NCBI GenBank assembly: GCA_964016885.1 | Contig: OZ024740.1 | Location: 121,706,001-121,770,000 of the forward strand | Length of the DNA: 64,000 bases | Direction of reading: 5' to 3' | DNA from: Eledone cirrhosa | Lineage: Eukaryota | In this document: positions 37,081 to 55,287 of the stretch, one piece after another | Position numbering within the stretch: the first letter of the stretch is position 1 | How the letters are laid out: the number at the start of each line of letters is the position of its first letter | The notes under the pieces: generated by a model | Database searches by the model: none | Told to the model about the DNA's origin: nothing | The model's input: only the letters and a program-made list of their open reading frames with translations | Made by a program: the position numbers and the translations under genes

Positions 37081-40000
37081 ACGTGTTTGTGTGTGCACGC
37101 GCACACAGGTGTGTGTGTGTGTGGTTGTTTAAATGATGTAATTATATGTATGTAATTATATATTAGATATTCTAGTGTTTTTTGACGCATATTTGTGGAC
37201 AATATATATATGGATGGGCAGTCATGTGGAGAATTGCATGTTAGCTCATTGAAACTTTGCATTCATCCATGAAATTATAGAAGAGGATAATGAGCGTTAA
37301 TCCAACCGGTGTATATTTAGTTCTTACCTTATCAATCCCATGGAATTCAGACCTTCAATTATGTTATCCGATATGGTACTCTTTGAGTAGAAGCGAAAAC
37401 ATCGACATTGCCACCACACTCATTGCTGATGCCTACCGCGTCTGGTTTGTAATTACGAAGTTTATTCTCTACAATAGCCGAATTGGACCAATGATATCTC
37501 GTTCTAATCTCAATGATGATTTTCTTTAACACAGATTACCATTCGTACATACCGTTTCCTTTTTTATTTTTTCTTTCGTTGCAAAATCACTGAATAATGT
37601 TTTCTGACTACGAAAGTGTTTTCTATATACCGTAAAGTATTTATCCAATGAAACGAAACCGATCTATCCATTCTACGCCGACAAAGTGAATAATGATGAT
37701 GTAAGCATTCCTGTTCTATCATCTGATAACTGATCATTGCCGAGTCAAATCAGCAATGATTTAAGCTGGAATTCGTTACATAACAGCCTTGGGTTCGAAG
37801 ACAATTATTTTCAAATAAGAATGCTGCGAGCAGATGCATCAGGAAGTTATATGCATAGGTTACTATGACATGCATATTCTGAATTGCAAATTATTTCTTT
37901 GTACTTTAGTAATAACTTCGATAGCTGAAAAGCGAATAATACTTCGCGAGATAGGAAGGATTTAATAAAATATAGCAGTGTGGCTATGGGAATAATGAGT
38001 GAATGCTAAAATATAGTTGAGCTTTGCACAACTAATATAAGGAATTTGTTAGTTAAATAAAAGCAGGCAAGGCTGGATTACAAAGAAAAGCTATCCAAGT
38101 CGTTTTCAAATAAATAATACAGTCACAAGAATAACCTATACAGTGTGGAGAACGTAATATATAGCTTTTTAAAGGTGTGATATGAAATAATAGTATTTTA
38201 CTTCAGGAGACAAGGAGTTAGTAGAAGTTGCATGAAGTCATTATTCTTTAAAAAATTATAATCAGAGACAGTCCTAGAAACATTCCCAAGAAAATACAAT
38301 TTGGAGCACATAATATTGTAGTTCTGCTCGAATAGATCAACTAGAATATTTTCGGATATTCTGTCATTGAAATAACGTTTAATAAGCTTCCAAATATCGT
38401 TTAATAAGATACATTCCATTGACAGACAATTCTTTATAACTGTAGCCGACAAAGAAGTTTCTTCCTTGTGCCTTCTTATCTTGAAATTTTCCTATCACTG
38501 TCTCGAGGAGGTATCATCATTGATCCTGTATGTGTTTGGTTAAACCCAGGACTAACAGTTCATTAGGATCTCTTTCAGCTACACTGCATATTGTTCAAAC
38601 TTCTTTTCCTAACCGCATATTTTCCCCCGGAAAGAATCCATGTACTTCTGCAACAGAGAGGTCGTTGAAATCTATTGATTTCCATTTATAATTCTATAGA
38701 CTGATGTTTAGTTTCGGCTGAATCTTTTATTAATGAAATTCCTCTCACCCAATCTCTTTTGATATCGGTATTTTTCTCTGACAGCCCTTAATTCTTGTTT
38801 AAGTGCGATCAAATTGAATTGACGAGTTCTGCTTGTACTGTTTCCAAACACTATTCCTATTGTTGTTTCTCACTCTTTATAGGTGGGGAATATAGACTTA
38901 CTTTTGTTTTCATATGATAAGCATTGTCACATTTTGTCATAGAGCAGCGGTCATCAATTTTCAATTTTTGAAACATACGATGGCATTTCTGTGTTATTTT
39001 GTTTCTATAAACTTCTGTTATCACAAAGATAATGTTTTACTGTCGTTGCTAGGTCATGTAGACACGTTAATTTGACAAAATGTATGTGATTAAATTTACC
39101 GTAAATATTCACCTCCAATTTCATGGATAAGACGCAGATTTTATTTATTTTATTTTATTTATATAATGTCGTTTTATGTTGTTGTTTTTTAAAAAAAATG
39201 TTTCATACATAAAATTACTCTCCGCCAGGAATGTTTCACGTAGAAGGTAATTTTACTGCTTGCACTCTTAATTTTCCCAGCTAATAGTAGACATATTTTA
39301 ATGTTGGTGGCTAACGTGACTGTGAGATATAGCAGTCGCGGTTGTGTCTGTTGTGACATGTGGGGTCAAATATCTCGCCGCCGGGGCTCTTTCAACTTGT
39401 TCGTGTATTGCCATTGTGTGTTACTGGTCGGACTAACTACAAGTAAACCTACTATTATTGTGGCTTTTTGTGATACATGTTGATTGTATGTCAGGTTTTG
39501 GAGACTGCTACCTTAGTGTTGTTATTTGTCGATGCTTCACACTTTAATTATCGTTTAAAATAATGTGTTATTCTTACGTTAGACAAAACAATGCTTGCTA
39601 GAGTAATTGTTTTGGGGTGAAATAAAATAAATTTGGGAGGAGTTCGTCTCGGCGTAGCTTTATTCTATCCATATCATCAGCAGAGCCATTTTCTTGCCAT
39701 TTCATAAAAGTTAAATAGATATTTACTGAGTGTGTAGCTGCAAGAGAATTGCGAATTATAGTTTCGGTTCCGACAGAAATCCAAATAAACTGAATCTGGT
39801 TAATTTTTTTGTAGTGGTTTTTCATTTGGTTCTTTAATAGAGGTGCTGATGTTAATGTTGTGTCTAGCCATGTTGTCTAAAGCGAATCCTTGTAAGGTGA
39901 ATTCAATGTTTAGAGGGATATCTCTACAATTCTGAATAAAGGGTATCTTCATAGATTATCATCAGAAGAATATCCAGATATTTAGCAAAGCTGGTATTTG

Positions 40001-40099
40001 TGGCATTATTATTGGAATCAGTATTTATAATAAGTATGGGTATATGTGTGTATGTATGTATATGATTCTAGGCATGATCATGTGCATATGCTTGTATGT

Positions 40100-40460
40100 C
40101 AGATCGCTCTTGGGTACTACTGGTAACATGTAAGCCAGTACAACATGTCACATGGTCGGGTCGTCGGCGACTAAACCGGCAACGTCACCAAATTTGCTTG
40201 GGGAGGATGGTGACATTAGGGCACCCAGCGGGATGAAATACAAGACCCGGCAAAGGGCGGAGGAACTCAGCAGAGTCAACGGCCATGCAAATAGTACTTG
40301 TCACAACACCTTTCTAGGAGAAGTAGTGTTTTCGATGCTCAGAGAGTGGGATTGGTCGAGTGTAAGGTCTCTCTCCACTTAAAAAAAACATCAAAGCACA
40401 AGCATTCTTCTTCATCATATGTTACAGGTTTGTGGCTGGCGGTAGCCTAAAAGTGCACCA
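40100..40460 (+). mobile_element. RTE-like 5' UTR fragment
   Basis: GC-rich island; ggcgactaaacc and acccggcaaagggcggaggaac resemble RTE 5' UTRs (recognised from memory only). Confidence 0.45.
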
Positions 40461-42399
40461 ATCTCTATTATCTGACAAGTGATAGCGAAAGCAGAGTTTA
40501 CAGCCATCATGTATAGCCGATTCCCTCATATACTGTTAGCTTAATAACATTTGCTCACGGGTACACACAGGTACTCATACGCACACATATGTATACAGGA
40601 AACAGATCTTGAAGTGGAAACAATAAAATAAAAGGAAATATCTAGCGAGTGTAAAAAAAAGAACGATTTATATGGAAACAAAATATAGGAACTGTTTAGG
40701 ATATCCTAATGTTTTACGTAGCTTAGGAAGCCCGTTCCCTTCCAAACAAAAATATCTGTTATTTCTCTTGTTGCTGTTTAACCCCAAGTCACCTTTAGCT
40801 CTAGCATAGCATTCTTATGGATTCTAGCATCCAGCATAGTGTATTTAAGAATATATCATCCAATGTGTTATTGGGCAATATAGGCTTTGATATGAGGCAT
40901 ATTTGGCTTCATTACTATGCGTCGAACAATCATATAGACATTTTCTAGTTGATTCATGGTTTCATGTTTTATGTGTTAATTAATCATAGCTCGAGGCTGT
41001 TGAATATTCGGGCAGATTGATGACGAGCTCTATTTTTTAATTTATATCAAACTAATACTTTTTTTATATGGAACTCTTGATTTTCTCCAAATATTGAACT
41101 AAATAATAGAAGATCCTCTGTATGAAACCTAACATATATCAAGGTTATACAATAAAAATGTTCACGTACATTTCATTACATTTTCTAAACATGAAAAAGA
41201 GAAATATTCGTTGCGTGATGTATTTAAATATTTATATATTTCTCTGACTTTATCAGATATATTCTTAATTAAGTGCAGATTTCGTGTCTGCTGTTATGAA
41301 TCCTGTTTATACATGTGAGTGTCTCTAATTAGCTATTAATTATGCAACAAGAAACCTAATAACAGACTTGCCAGCTGGAGTTCTGTTTTTCTTTTGTTTC
41401 TGCATGACTGGAACGTTCCCACATGACCAAGAACAACATAAAACTGACGTAAGGAGAACAGATCGATAATAAATACATTAGCGATAAGTAAAATTATAGT
41501 AAGCGCTGACTACTTCCACGATAAACAAGGTTATATTTTTTAATACCACGCTTATGTATGATAAACAGAGTCAATTATTTCACGTTTCGCAATTAATATC
41601 CACCAGGGAACTCCTACATATTTGCTAGAACTGTTAGAGTTATTAGCCAAATCACCATCAGATGGAAACCTCCCATCTTGAAAAGAAAGAATTGATTGGA
41701 TACTACAATTCTAGATATATTATGCCTACAAGAATTACAGGAAGGCCGTATCTGGGATGTCTTTGAATATAGTGCATCACATGGAGCTAAATAACAACAA
41801 AGGCTATAACTAGGATTTTCCCAATTAGGCATAGCACTGTAGTGTTCAACTTATACAATTTCTTAAAAGCGCACAAATAATAATTGTTACAACATGAATA
41901 AATAATGGTTAACTAACGCGGTTCACGGGAAGCTTATTAACTCTATAGTCTAAAAATATGAAATTATGCTGTATTTACTTATTCTTTTCCACATAAACTG
42001 CTTACAATATATTTTTCATTTCCAGACAAAATATGGAAGCTACTTAATTCGGTTTTCTTTTCTTTTTCATTTTTTAGGTATTTATTCTCGAATGTGATAA
42101 TGGCCTTTGCACGTTCTTCGTAATTAGTCTATTCTCGAATAGCCTGACGTACATGCCTGTAGGAAAAACATGACCAGGGATAACATTCTGCGGTGACTTG
42201 CATTTGAAGTGAGCCATGCTGATCGATAGCATTATCAGAAAGTCGTTCTGGTAATCTACCCTATAGTGGATTTGCCTTCCTATAAAGGATTAGCTGCTCT
42301 GTTTGAAGTTTCTTGGCTTTTACCTTCACAGTCATAGCTAGAAGTGCAGAACTTGTGTATAATATGCCATATTATTTGTGAGGGGATCTAAATCTCTTA

Positions 42400-42615
42400 G
42401 AATTGTGGACTTTAACCTTTCCCCAGATATTTGCCTATAAGTGTTCAACCTCATCAAGCTCAGGTGGTTGTCTTATTTCAATATATTTCTTACCTAACTC
42501 TCTGTAAAATATTTTGGCATATTCGGCCAATATTTTGTTTTATTTAAAGAAGTTATCTCATTTTTGGCATCTTCTTAATCACTTCGCCTTTTCCTGTATC
42601 TTGCTTGATTGATTC
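42400..42615 (-). pseudogene. Old R4/Dong fragment (pre-RT region)
   Basis: KIFYRELGKKYIEIRQPPELDEVEHL*ANIWGKVKVHN aligns with NFYRKIGKSTITAKSIPPKEEVQEFWEKIWAEEKVHN of copy 1. Confidence 0.7.
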
Positions 42616-43344
42616 AGCAATTTCTGTCGAGTCTGCTTCCCGTTTGGACTTATTTATATTCCTCAGCCTAGAAGTCTTTTTTTTTTGTTTGTGTGGGGTG
42701 GGGGTGTTGTGTCAGTTCCCTTATCTACTTCGGAGCGACAAGTTTGATATCTACCTGTCATATTTAGGGAGGAGAGCGGTATCGGACAATATCTCCGAGA
42801 GACCTCAGAGGTGAATGTCTGGAGGAGATTTGCCTGCATCGTCATATAATGAAGCAGTATTCTCGTACAATTGACACAGATCTGATGTGAAAACTAATTT
42901 GGGATCAGTACGGTAGTTATACTCCACATCAACCTGAAAGTATACGCCAGATCCTAGATCATTCGTCTTCCAGGAGATAATATTTACATGTTATGGTTAA
43001 GGTCAAATGCCTCTTTGTGGGAGACTGGCCACTTAATCCCAAATGCCATATTGACAACAGCACCTACAGCAGAAGCAATCTCGGAGGCAGCAGCACCATG
43101 AACATTAGTAACAGCAGAACCAACAAGTACAGGAGCAAATCAACACCAAAAACTGTATCAATACCATCAACACGACCAACCTCGGCAGCAGAAGGACCAA
43201 CTAATTTCGTTCTAATGAGGAGGGCCGACGAAGAACTGATGGCCACCATAGCACAAAATGAAGACGATCAGAGTGAAAGTTTTGGAATTAGCACGCCTAA
43301 TATTCCTCAGAAGTTAGTGAGTAGAGCACGCAGCAGAACGAGAT

Positions 43345-43870
43345 AAGTGCAGAACTTGTGTATAATATGCCATATTACCAGTCAATGTACACCACTAACT
43401 CAGAAGGAATACATGAGGCTTCACAACAACACAGCAAGGATAGTCTATTGGGGACTTTGTGGAAGTATGTATTTGAGAGGGCAGAGAAGGTGTATGAACA
43501 TAAACCTGGGCATGTTATTAAAAATGATAATTCAAAGATCCTATGGAACTTTGTGGTAGAGTGTGGCACTGAGATAGAGCATAGAATATCATATTGTGAT
43601 AAATGAGAAAGAAAGCAAATAGATATAAATCAGAGATTTAGCCTAACCTGCTCCTAACAAGGTATACAATAATGAGGAGGAAATGTCAATAGAAACTATA
43701 GGTTAGTAGTTGTAGACACTGTTAATACCAATAATAATTTGAGTCTTAGTAACAGTAAGCAATTATCATGAGAAATAAATTAAACAAATAGGAGATCCTA
43801 TGCTGCTGGAGCACATGCAGAAAGCAGCACTGATAGTAACAGCTCGAATATTTGGAGGATGCTTAACAAA
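43345..43870 (+). pseudogene. Old R4/Dong 3' fragment (CCHC and RLE region)
   Basis: LTQKEYMRLHNNTARIVYWGLC, YEHKPGHVIKNDNSKILWNF, LEHMQKAALIVTARI match the Dong C-terminus. Confidence 0.75.
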
Positions 43871-44226
43871 TATTGATATTACCCCCGATTTCACTGGCAG
43901 GGAAATCTGAAACTGGGATACATCATCAGCGTTAGAGGCTGCGCAAAGCAAACAAAATAATAGTACTATTCCAAGCGGATTCGTGATGATGCGAGGCTAT
44001 CGCCATTATTTCCTATCTACTAACTAATTTTTGAATAGACGTAGGCATTGCTGGCAATTATTTAACATTCATTCAAAAGACATGTAATATAAAAACGATG
44101 GACATAATTTAAATATCGCAAATCATATCTATCGATAATTTCAAACTAGGCTAAATCAATGGTGTTTTCATGTAAATGAAAGTTAATATCCAGCATGTTA
44201 AAGATTCCTCATTATATGCTTAAGTG

Positions 44227-44266
<40 letters not shown>

Positions 44267-44325
44267 TTGCGAAGTTTTTTATATGAAATCGTGTGTCGAA
44301 ACAAATATACCCTCCCCAAGTATAA

Positions 44326-44362
<37 letters not shown>

Positions 44363-45146
44363 CAAGTGGAAGCTTAGTAAAATCGAAGCTTTGTCTGTGG
44401 CCAAGCAAAGTCGACGTACAACAGGAATGAGTTAGCAAAGCACTCAATGGGGGTAGGTCCTTAGACTAATAACATACGTTTAAATAGCTTGACAAATTGA
44501 ACATTGCGGTAGGCAAAACCCTACCATACAGTACCAAAGTAACGAAAGAACTAACAGGTTAAAATACAGACCTGGACAAATCAAACCATATACGTCAGAG
44601 GTGTTTGCATGATCCGAAATCAATTATCCAACTTACGTAACATGCAAGCTTGTGGTATTCCATGATCGAACAGAAGATTCATTTCATCAGCAGGGATTCC
44701 GTTCTGCCTCGAACTGGTGTGAACAAACTAAATGCGACAGAAAGCAGCCTTCGAACACTTCGTTGTTACGTGTTATTTCCAACAAGGGAAGCAACTCCCG
44801 GTTTTTGGTGGGTATATTCAAAGTGTTAACAAGGGAAATATTATAATTACCGCTCAAACATTCCCAATAAAAGCTCTCAACCAAATGTTATTAAACAAAC
44901 ACAAATAATTAAACAAACAACACAATTGTCTAATTAAATTAATTTGTTAATTATTAAATCTCACTATATATATACAACAATCTATATATATATATATATA
45001 CAAGAAAATGAAATTTATTTTAATATTAAAAAAAGCGAGATGTCCTACACGAGTGAAAGTATAAGGAAACGAAATCGAAAATGCGACTGGAGTCTTTTTA
45101 AGAAGATTTATTTGTTTCCATTACATGTTTCACCATCTCAATTCTA

Positions 45147-47595
<2,449 letters not shown>

Positions 47596-47956
47596 ATATA
47601 TATTAAGCAGCCTTTGACAAATCCGAGACGCGAAATAAACTAAAAGCTGAGAAGATATCGTACTATTTAGTATCATCTACTGTTACATATCATCAAAATA
47701 TTTGTGGATTCGATTGAAATATAACAGTAGGCTTTAATAGAGAGAGGAAGGAAAATATTGGATTAATTGATAACATGTAAGAACAAACAATATAAAACGA
47801 GCGACGAAACGATATCCCCGCAATCACGACCACTGTCTACATATGTGTGTAGAATAACAGTGTATTAGAAGTACATGTAGAAATATTTAAATAATATAAT
47901 TAAGGAAGCAACGTCACTGCATATCTTGTAATATATGCAGAATATGACTAGCAATG

Positions 47957-48010
<54 letters not shown>

Positions 48011-50344
48011 CAAGGCTGTCTTTATGTATGTATGTATCCATATGTATGTATCCATATCGAACGAATATTTCTTAAAAATTGACAATGGATCAGTGGACAC
48101 TATATAGCGTATGTGTGTTTGTTTTCAGTTTATTTATGCTCTGCAAGGGCGTGGAAGATCAAACACATATAAATTGATGATAATGAGAAATTAAATTGTG
48201 CAACGCAAACGGTTATGGAAACTGAGCTCTCAATTTCTAGGATGGGGTTGATAACCATGACGATATTAGTAAAAGTAATAGCAGAATATATGAGGATGAT
48301 GTGGGAGTATTGACAATGTGTTTGATGGTCAAAACGACAAATATTTATGATATCGTAACATCGTAAACGGGAATGATGGCGAAGATAATGTTTACTCTGA
48401 TTGTTTTCATTATAGTACCATTTCTGATGAGGATAATGAGAAAGGCAATAATTGCCCTGTTGATGATAATAATTAGGATGTGGAAATTAAGTGCAGCATT
48501 AATGAGCTATGTTGCTGTTTTCCTAGCTTGTATCGTTGGTATTTGAAGTATTGGCAGCTGAGCAGTTTCTGAAGCATATGATTAATGAAACCATTAATAC
48601 CATCGTTCTTTTCAGTTTTATGTCCTTGGCGAAGATATGGTATTTAATGTGTGGCAGACTAAATCCAAATGATTTCAAAGTGAAATAAATAATTGCTTTT
48701 CCAATGGAATACACCAGGGTTTTGCATACACATTGGTGCTCACACATGTACGCACACACATATAAATGCACGTATATATATATATATATATACTGATCAT
48801 AGGCGTGTCTGCTCTAACAGGGCAATTAACAACGGCAATGACAATATGTTTTAGGATGCTGAAATAATAAATCTATTGACAATAAATTTGAATAGTGAAA
48901 TAGGAACTAAATAACTTATATTACTATATGGCTGTATTTTATAAATATAACCTTCATCATACTTACGAGAACAATAACCACAAATTCAATAAATAAAATC
49001 CCTGTCCTCACTCGCTTAACGAGCGGGAAGAACTCGTGAAACCGAAAAAGGTAACAATGGCCCGCTTGCAATTCCTGACAGAAGGAGCGAGATGAAAAAG
49101 GCGTCATGCTGAAGGGCATAACACATCGTTCGGTACTGGAACCGAACAAGCAAACTCATGATTATGAACCCAATACTCTAATAACTACACCACGTGACTT
49201 AACTTAGTCCCTCGCATTTTTCTAATCATAAAAATATCTTTCATCCTACAAATAGCTTTAAGAACTCTCCCTACTTCAGCCACAGTACTACCAATCCCCG
49301 ATGTTATTTATTAGGTGGTATCAGCAAGATTTACTGCTGACCAAGATGATTAGCTGAAACTAATGTCTGCTTAACATGCAAGTGTCTCTTTGTAAAGATA
49401 CCGGTACAGCAGTCACCAAAGTGTTGCATTTTATTTTCATTTGATTCTTGTCAGAATAATGACATATTGCAGAGTGTAGACGTAAATACAACATCCGAAG
49501 ATCATTCCATCTGTAGCATCTATGTATCGTTCAGAACAACACCTAACTAAATATAGATTAAGGAAATACGTGAAACATAAACGAAGAAAACGATAACCCA
49601 AATTGTTCTGTTATTGCTTCTGCCCAAAACAAGGGTGGTCCTTTGTTAGCTAATGGATAACTCGATGGGACTACCGGTTGTTAAACATTGCTCTAAATTA
49701 AAGTGATCGTCTTCATATCCAATATACGTACTGCAGGTGATAACGAGCTACAAATGTGTGCCTTTATATCAATGAAGAACGGCTAACTTTCATGTCTTTC
49801 TTGCATGTAAATTTCCAATCAGAAAATATAAAAAGGAAAAGCATCGGTTAAGCCATTACGTTTTCGTGACAAACATATTGTGTTCATCGACGCATTTTTC
49901 AATTGAACAAGTATCTGCATGTGTCTTAACACAGGAAGCACAACTGTCTTCTATCATTATTTTTATATTTTTATTAGATTTATTAAATAGACAGGTGAGA
50001 CTTAGCTCAGCACTAAACAATTCAGTTTCCTATCATACTCTCTTCAAATAAACCATACACATTTAAAACATAGCCGTGTGCTGTATGATTAACTATGCAT
50101 CGTAACATTTTTTTATTATTTGCGTTCAAATCACATATTCGGCGACGTTTCCTTTACTCTCTTTTCTATGACGATAACAAAGACGTAACAGGATTCTTTT
50201 GTCATCTTTTTCAGATCATTTGAACAATAAATGGAATATTAATATGATCAAAAATCCAAATTCCTCTTTAAATTAATAAGAATATTGGTATACATATACA
50301 TCATAACTAAGAATAAATATGGAACATGAAAAACAATATTAAAG

Positions 50345-50530
50345 TGAATTGGCAGTATCAGTAGAGGGTCGGACGCCATGCTTTCCAGCATAGTCACGTC
50401 ACTTTACGGTCTGAGTTCAAATCCCGTCGAATTTAATGTTGCCTTTCATCATTACTGGGTCAATAAGATAAAGTACCAGTAACGTACTGTGTAATTGCTG
50501 ACCTTTTGCCAAAAGTAGAAACAATTATTT
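50345..50530 (+). mobile_element. tRNA/Meta-type SINE
   Basis: gagttcaaatccc B-box; gcctttcatc..gggtcaataagataaagtaccag. Confidence 0.85.
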
Positions 50531-50570
50531 ATACTATTAGACGTAAAATTAGAATTTGGTGTATACACGT

Positions 50571-50626
<56 letters not shown>

Positions 50627-50821
50627 ATGTATGTATGTATGCATGTGTGTATGTGTGTGTCTAGTCAGTTTCGTAAGAGACTGTGGTTCTTCTGGGAGGT
50701 TTGTTGTTCAAGTAAATAATAACTTTTATTAAAAAAATGATAATTAGTTTAACAGTCTAATAGTATAAATAACGATTATCTGCAGAAATTGTGTAGATGA
50801 TATATGTACATACATGTATAC

Positions 50822-50939
<118 letters not shown>

Positions 50940-51867
50940 CAAACAATCTCCAACAGAAAATAAGCAACTACAACATTTATAAATTAAAAAGATAATATGA
51001 CCACACTACCACAACATAATTTAAATAAGACTGCACTTTTTAAAAGCACAAATAATACAATTATTCAACCTGGAAGACACAACCACCCAAATCACCAACA
51101 CAAAAACAACATAACACAAAATCACTCAAACAGCACTCATTCTCTCTCTAACTCTAATTACAATAAGAATAGCTCAAGGATTAATGAGAATTATGTAGGT
51201 AGCTCCAACAACCATCTTACGTATGGTTGTAATTGCAGAAGTAGAAGCGTTTGCCCCTTATATAGCAACTGTTTGATTAATAATGTAATATATAAATGCA
51301 CTGTGTCTAATACTGACTCCAACAAATCGTATATAGGATCTACATCGAATACATTTAAGAAAATATTTTACGCACACTCTAGTAGCTTTAACAATACTAA
51401 ACTAGCTAACACCACATCTTTAGCTGAAGCAGTAAATAACTTTAAAAAGAAAAACATAGATTTCAAGCTCTCGTAGGAACCCTTCTACAAAGAACTCCAT
51501 ATTTTGGGAACATGAGAGAATGCAGATTATATTTCGGAGAGATCTTGGAAATTACTAAAATCTAAGGACGATTTATTGAATAAAAGACAAGACCTGATAA
51601 TAGCTTGTAATCACCGTATACGAAAAACATTTAAGTACTATAAACCTAATTAAACATTCTGAATAGCAGCTCACTATAGTTCTATGTGACGTACCTTTTT
51701 GTTAGTATCCCCTTCTCCTAATTATACGCCTTCCTGTTAATTTGTTAACCTTTTAACTTTTTAGCTTCCATTGATTCACGCGCTCCTGTCTAAGGGTACC
51801 AAGGTACATAACCACCTGTAATTGCATGGGTATACATGTATCTATGTATGTATGATAAGAGAATATT

Positions 51868-51960
<93 letters not shown>

Positions 51961-53100
51961 ATGTGTGTGTATGTGTATGTACATGTATGTGTGCGTATAT
52001 ATATATGTATATATATGCATGTATATATATATATATGTATGTGTGCGTGTATGTGTATATATGTGTATGTATATATCTATGTATGCGTATGTATGTTTTT
52101 AATGGAGTATCTATGTAGTTATACCGCTATCTATATATGTGAGTATATGTACTTTTGTGATCTAAAAAAATTATGCGTTTTGGCTATATGTCAACATGCA
52201 TTTATCTGGGATTGATTACTTATACGTAGACCCACTTGAAAATATTTACTTTTTTATATTTTATGATACATCATACGCTATATTATATTATATACAATGT
52301 ACCATAATGCACTTTACTATATTACATTATATTATATTATTATATTATTGTATTTTATTATCTTACTATAATTTTCATCTTTTAATATACTATCCTTCCT
52401 AGTTATGACCATTACTATACCTATCTATATTTATCCTAGTTATATCCGTATATTTTATATTTCTTTATGTATATTCACCTAAAAACTCGATACAAAACAA
52501 CTCAACATATAATTGTTACATCCCTGTTTAAACTTCACTCCACCATCTACATTCCACTATCAATACAACAATCCCTTTTCTTCATAGGTTTTTCATAGTA
52601 ATTCTATTTTTAACACCATTTAACCATTCCTTTCAAAAGGTCATGCCATTAACTAAAGTGAGTTATATTTCGTCTTAACATCATATGGCAAAACACAATT
52701 TGTTTGGTTTGTTCTTCAGCCACCTCTAAATAAGGTCACAGAACTCAATTTATTAATGATTTTGAATAACATTTTCATTGCTTTTGACAACGGCTGACGA
52801 TATACACGTAGGGAAATATATTCCTTATTTGATATTTTGTAACTAACCTTACATAGATCGATAACGAAATATGCGTACGATGTATTATTATCACCTAGAT
52901 ACGATCGTAAAGCAGTGAAGAATATTCCTAATGACTTGAATTTTTATTTCATTGTTTTAACTTATATCATGACTCAGTTTTCCTTTTGATGTTTTATTGT
53001 TTTCCGGGATTTATTTTAACCTACAACATTTTCAACATATGGATTACATTAAGTTCTTCATGCAGACTAGACCCACAACTAACCGTGGATATTTCTGTGT
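50940..53100 (+). mobile_element. 5'-truncated Penelope-like element (Naiad-like), relative of 26555-28015
   Basis: CNCRSRSVCPLYSNCLINNVIYKC..YIGSTSNTFK (ORF 50997-51476), continuing to CNHRIRKTFKYY; degenerate long-stem-II HHR at about 52794-52910; pseudo-LTR end resembles 27900-28015. Confidence 0.85.
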
Positions 53101-53212
53101 ATATATATATATATATACATATATAAATCAATGATATTTTTGGATATCCAAACGGAACCTGAACTGCTAATGTCTGATTCCTGGGTATGTCACTATTTAT
53201 AAAACAAATTTG

Positions 53213-53273
53213 TATTTTATCTGATGAGTCCGTACCAATGTTTTGGTACACTTGAAATATATATAATAGAATA
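53213..53273 (+). ncRNA. Type I HHR in a solo pseudo-LTR (about 53125-53405) between (TA)n tracts
   Basis: uuuau-CUGAUGA-gucc-guaccaa/uugguac-acuu-GAAA-uauau-AUA-auaag; TATAAAA at 53198. Confidence 0.72.
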
Positions 53274-53411
53274 GATATGGTTTTAGACATATAGTTTCCA
53301 TTTATTAATATCATTGATATTATACTCCAGAAACTGTTGGGTGCTTCGTATTTGTTATAAATATATTTGTGGAATTACCATCAAATTAAATATCTTTTTG
53401 ATTACATACAT

Positions 53412-53488
<77 letters not shown>

Positions 53489-54408
53489 TGTATTTTAATT
53501 ATGTCTCATATAAAATAATACAACTGGCTATCCGCAAAATACATATAGTTAGCACCCCAAACGTAAAATTGGGATTATACTTAGGTATATCCTAATGTTT
53601 GTTGAGTGAGATGGAAGCCAGTCAGAGTATAGCTTGAAGCTTTAAGCTTTCTCTGTTAATGTATTATATATAGATATGTATATATATATATATATAGGAG
53701 TGTGTATGTGTATGTCTGTATTTGTAGATACAAGTATACTATTATATGCAACTAACTGTAAAAGCCTATACCTGGCACAGTGTAAACATCAACGAAGTTG
53801 ATAAATATTATAAAGTCTATCAAACAGAGAAGCAATATTGTTCGTTATGTATAAATACATAAAAATAGAACACGTGTCTGTGATATTTGCTCTTGCTATT
53901 TGTGTAAAGAAAAGTTCAATTTTGTATTCAGTTTGAACAGTAAAAAATTAATACGATAGAGTTAATAAGTCAAATACGCAGTATATGACACGTAAGATAT
54001 CAATTAAATAAAAGTGACTCTAAACGAATGCAATACAGTAAATACTATCACAAAGTAGTTTAGTATGAAGTAGAATAATGTTGCAAAATACTTAGGTACA
54101 ATGTAATTCTTATATAGACTTTGATGTAAAATATATTAAAACAGACTACGAATGATCTGAAATAATATATGAGTATACTGCTGAAAGATCAATTATATTA
54201 AAAATGGTTTGAAGGAGATAATAACTATATTTACTTGCATTTAAATGAGACTATATCCTTAAAAACAAAAATGAACAGGGATTTAAATGTCGCAAAATTT
54301 ATAATTAAACTACCATTATGAGTAGAGTGTTATGCAAAGCTTTCCCTCTTGGCGTAATTGCTGAGAAGGTCTCCCAAAACAGACACATTACGAGAGCTTA
54401 GCAAAATT

Positions 54409-54491
54409 CATTATATAATCAAAATCATTTCATATATGACGTGAACTTATTTTCCAAAAATGTTTATTTATGTAATTGTATTGGAGTTATG

Positions 54492-54571
<80 letters not shown>

Positions 54572-55221
54572 AAATTATTTCTGTCACGTGAACAAGTTTT
54601 CATTAAATTTTCGTGCCCTTATTTGGAAATCCATTCTGTAGCCTTTTTAGAGAATTTTATGATAAGTTAAAGATAATGGTCAAGAGAAAGGGATGGGAGA
54701 ATTGTTCTGGTTCAGTGAATAAGGTTAGTTATCTGGGGTGTCAGAATTCAGATTTTCTATTGAATAAAGAAAGTAAAGATATGTATGTTTATTTGTGTGC
54801 TTGTGTGTGTGTGCGTCTGTGTGTGTGCGTGTGTTGTGTGTGTGTGTGTTTGAATTTCTTTACTTAAAAAACAGGTGGCTCACGAAAGCTTTTTTTAACG
54901 TTTATTAAAAAAAGCCTTCGTGAGCCACCTTTTTTAAAGTAAATAAATTCAAACACACACACACACAACACACACACACACACACGCCCACACAAGCACA
55001 CAAATAAACATACATATCTTTACTTTCTTTATTCAATAGAAAATCTGAATTCTGACACACCAGCGAACTAACCATATTCACTGAACCAGAACAATTCTCC
55101 CATCCCTTTCTCTTGACCATTATCTTTCACTTATAAAATTCTCTAAAAAGGCTACAGAATGGATTTCCAAATAAGGGCACGAAAATTTAATGAAAACTTG
55201 TTCACGTGACAGAAATAATTT

Positions 55222-55287
<66 letters not shown>

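Noticed and set aside
38200-41830. Possible very old R4 (38.4-39.0 kb) and PLE RT (41.6-41.8 kb) relics on the minus strand
   Set aside because: Similarity is too faint to support without a profile search.
48424-48462. CUGAUGA..GAAA-ggcaa/uugcc motif
   Set aside because: No stem II, A15.1-U16.1 or stem I; lies in GAT-rich low-complexity DNA.
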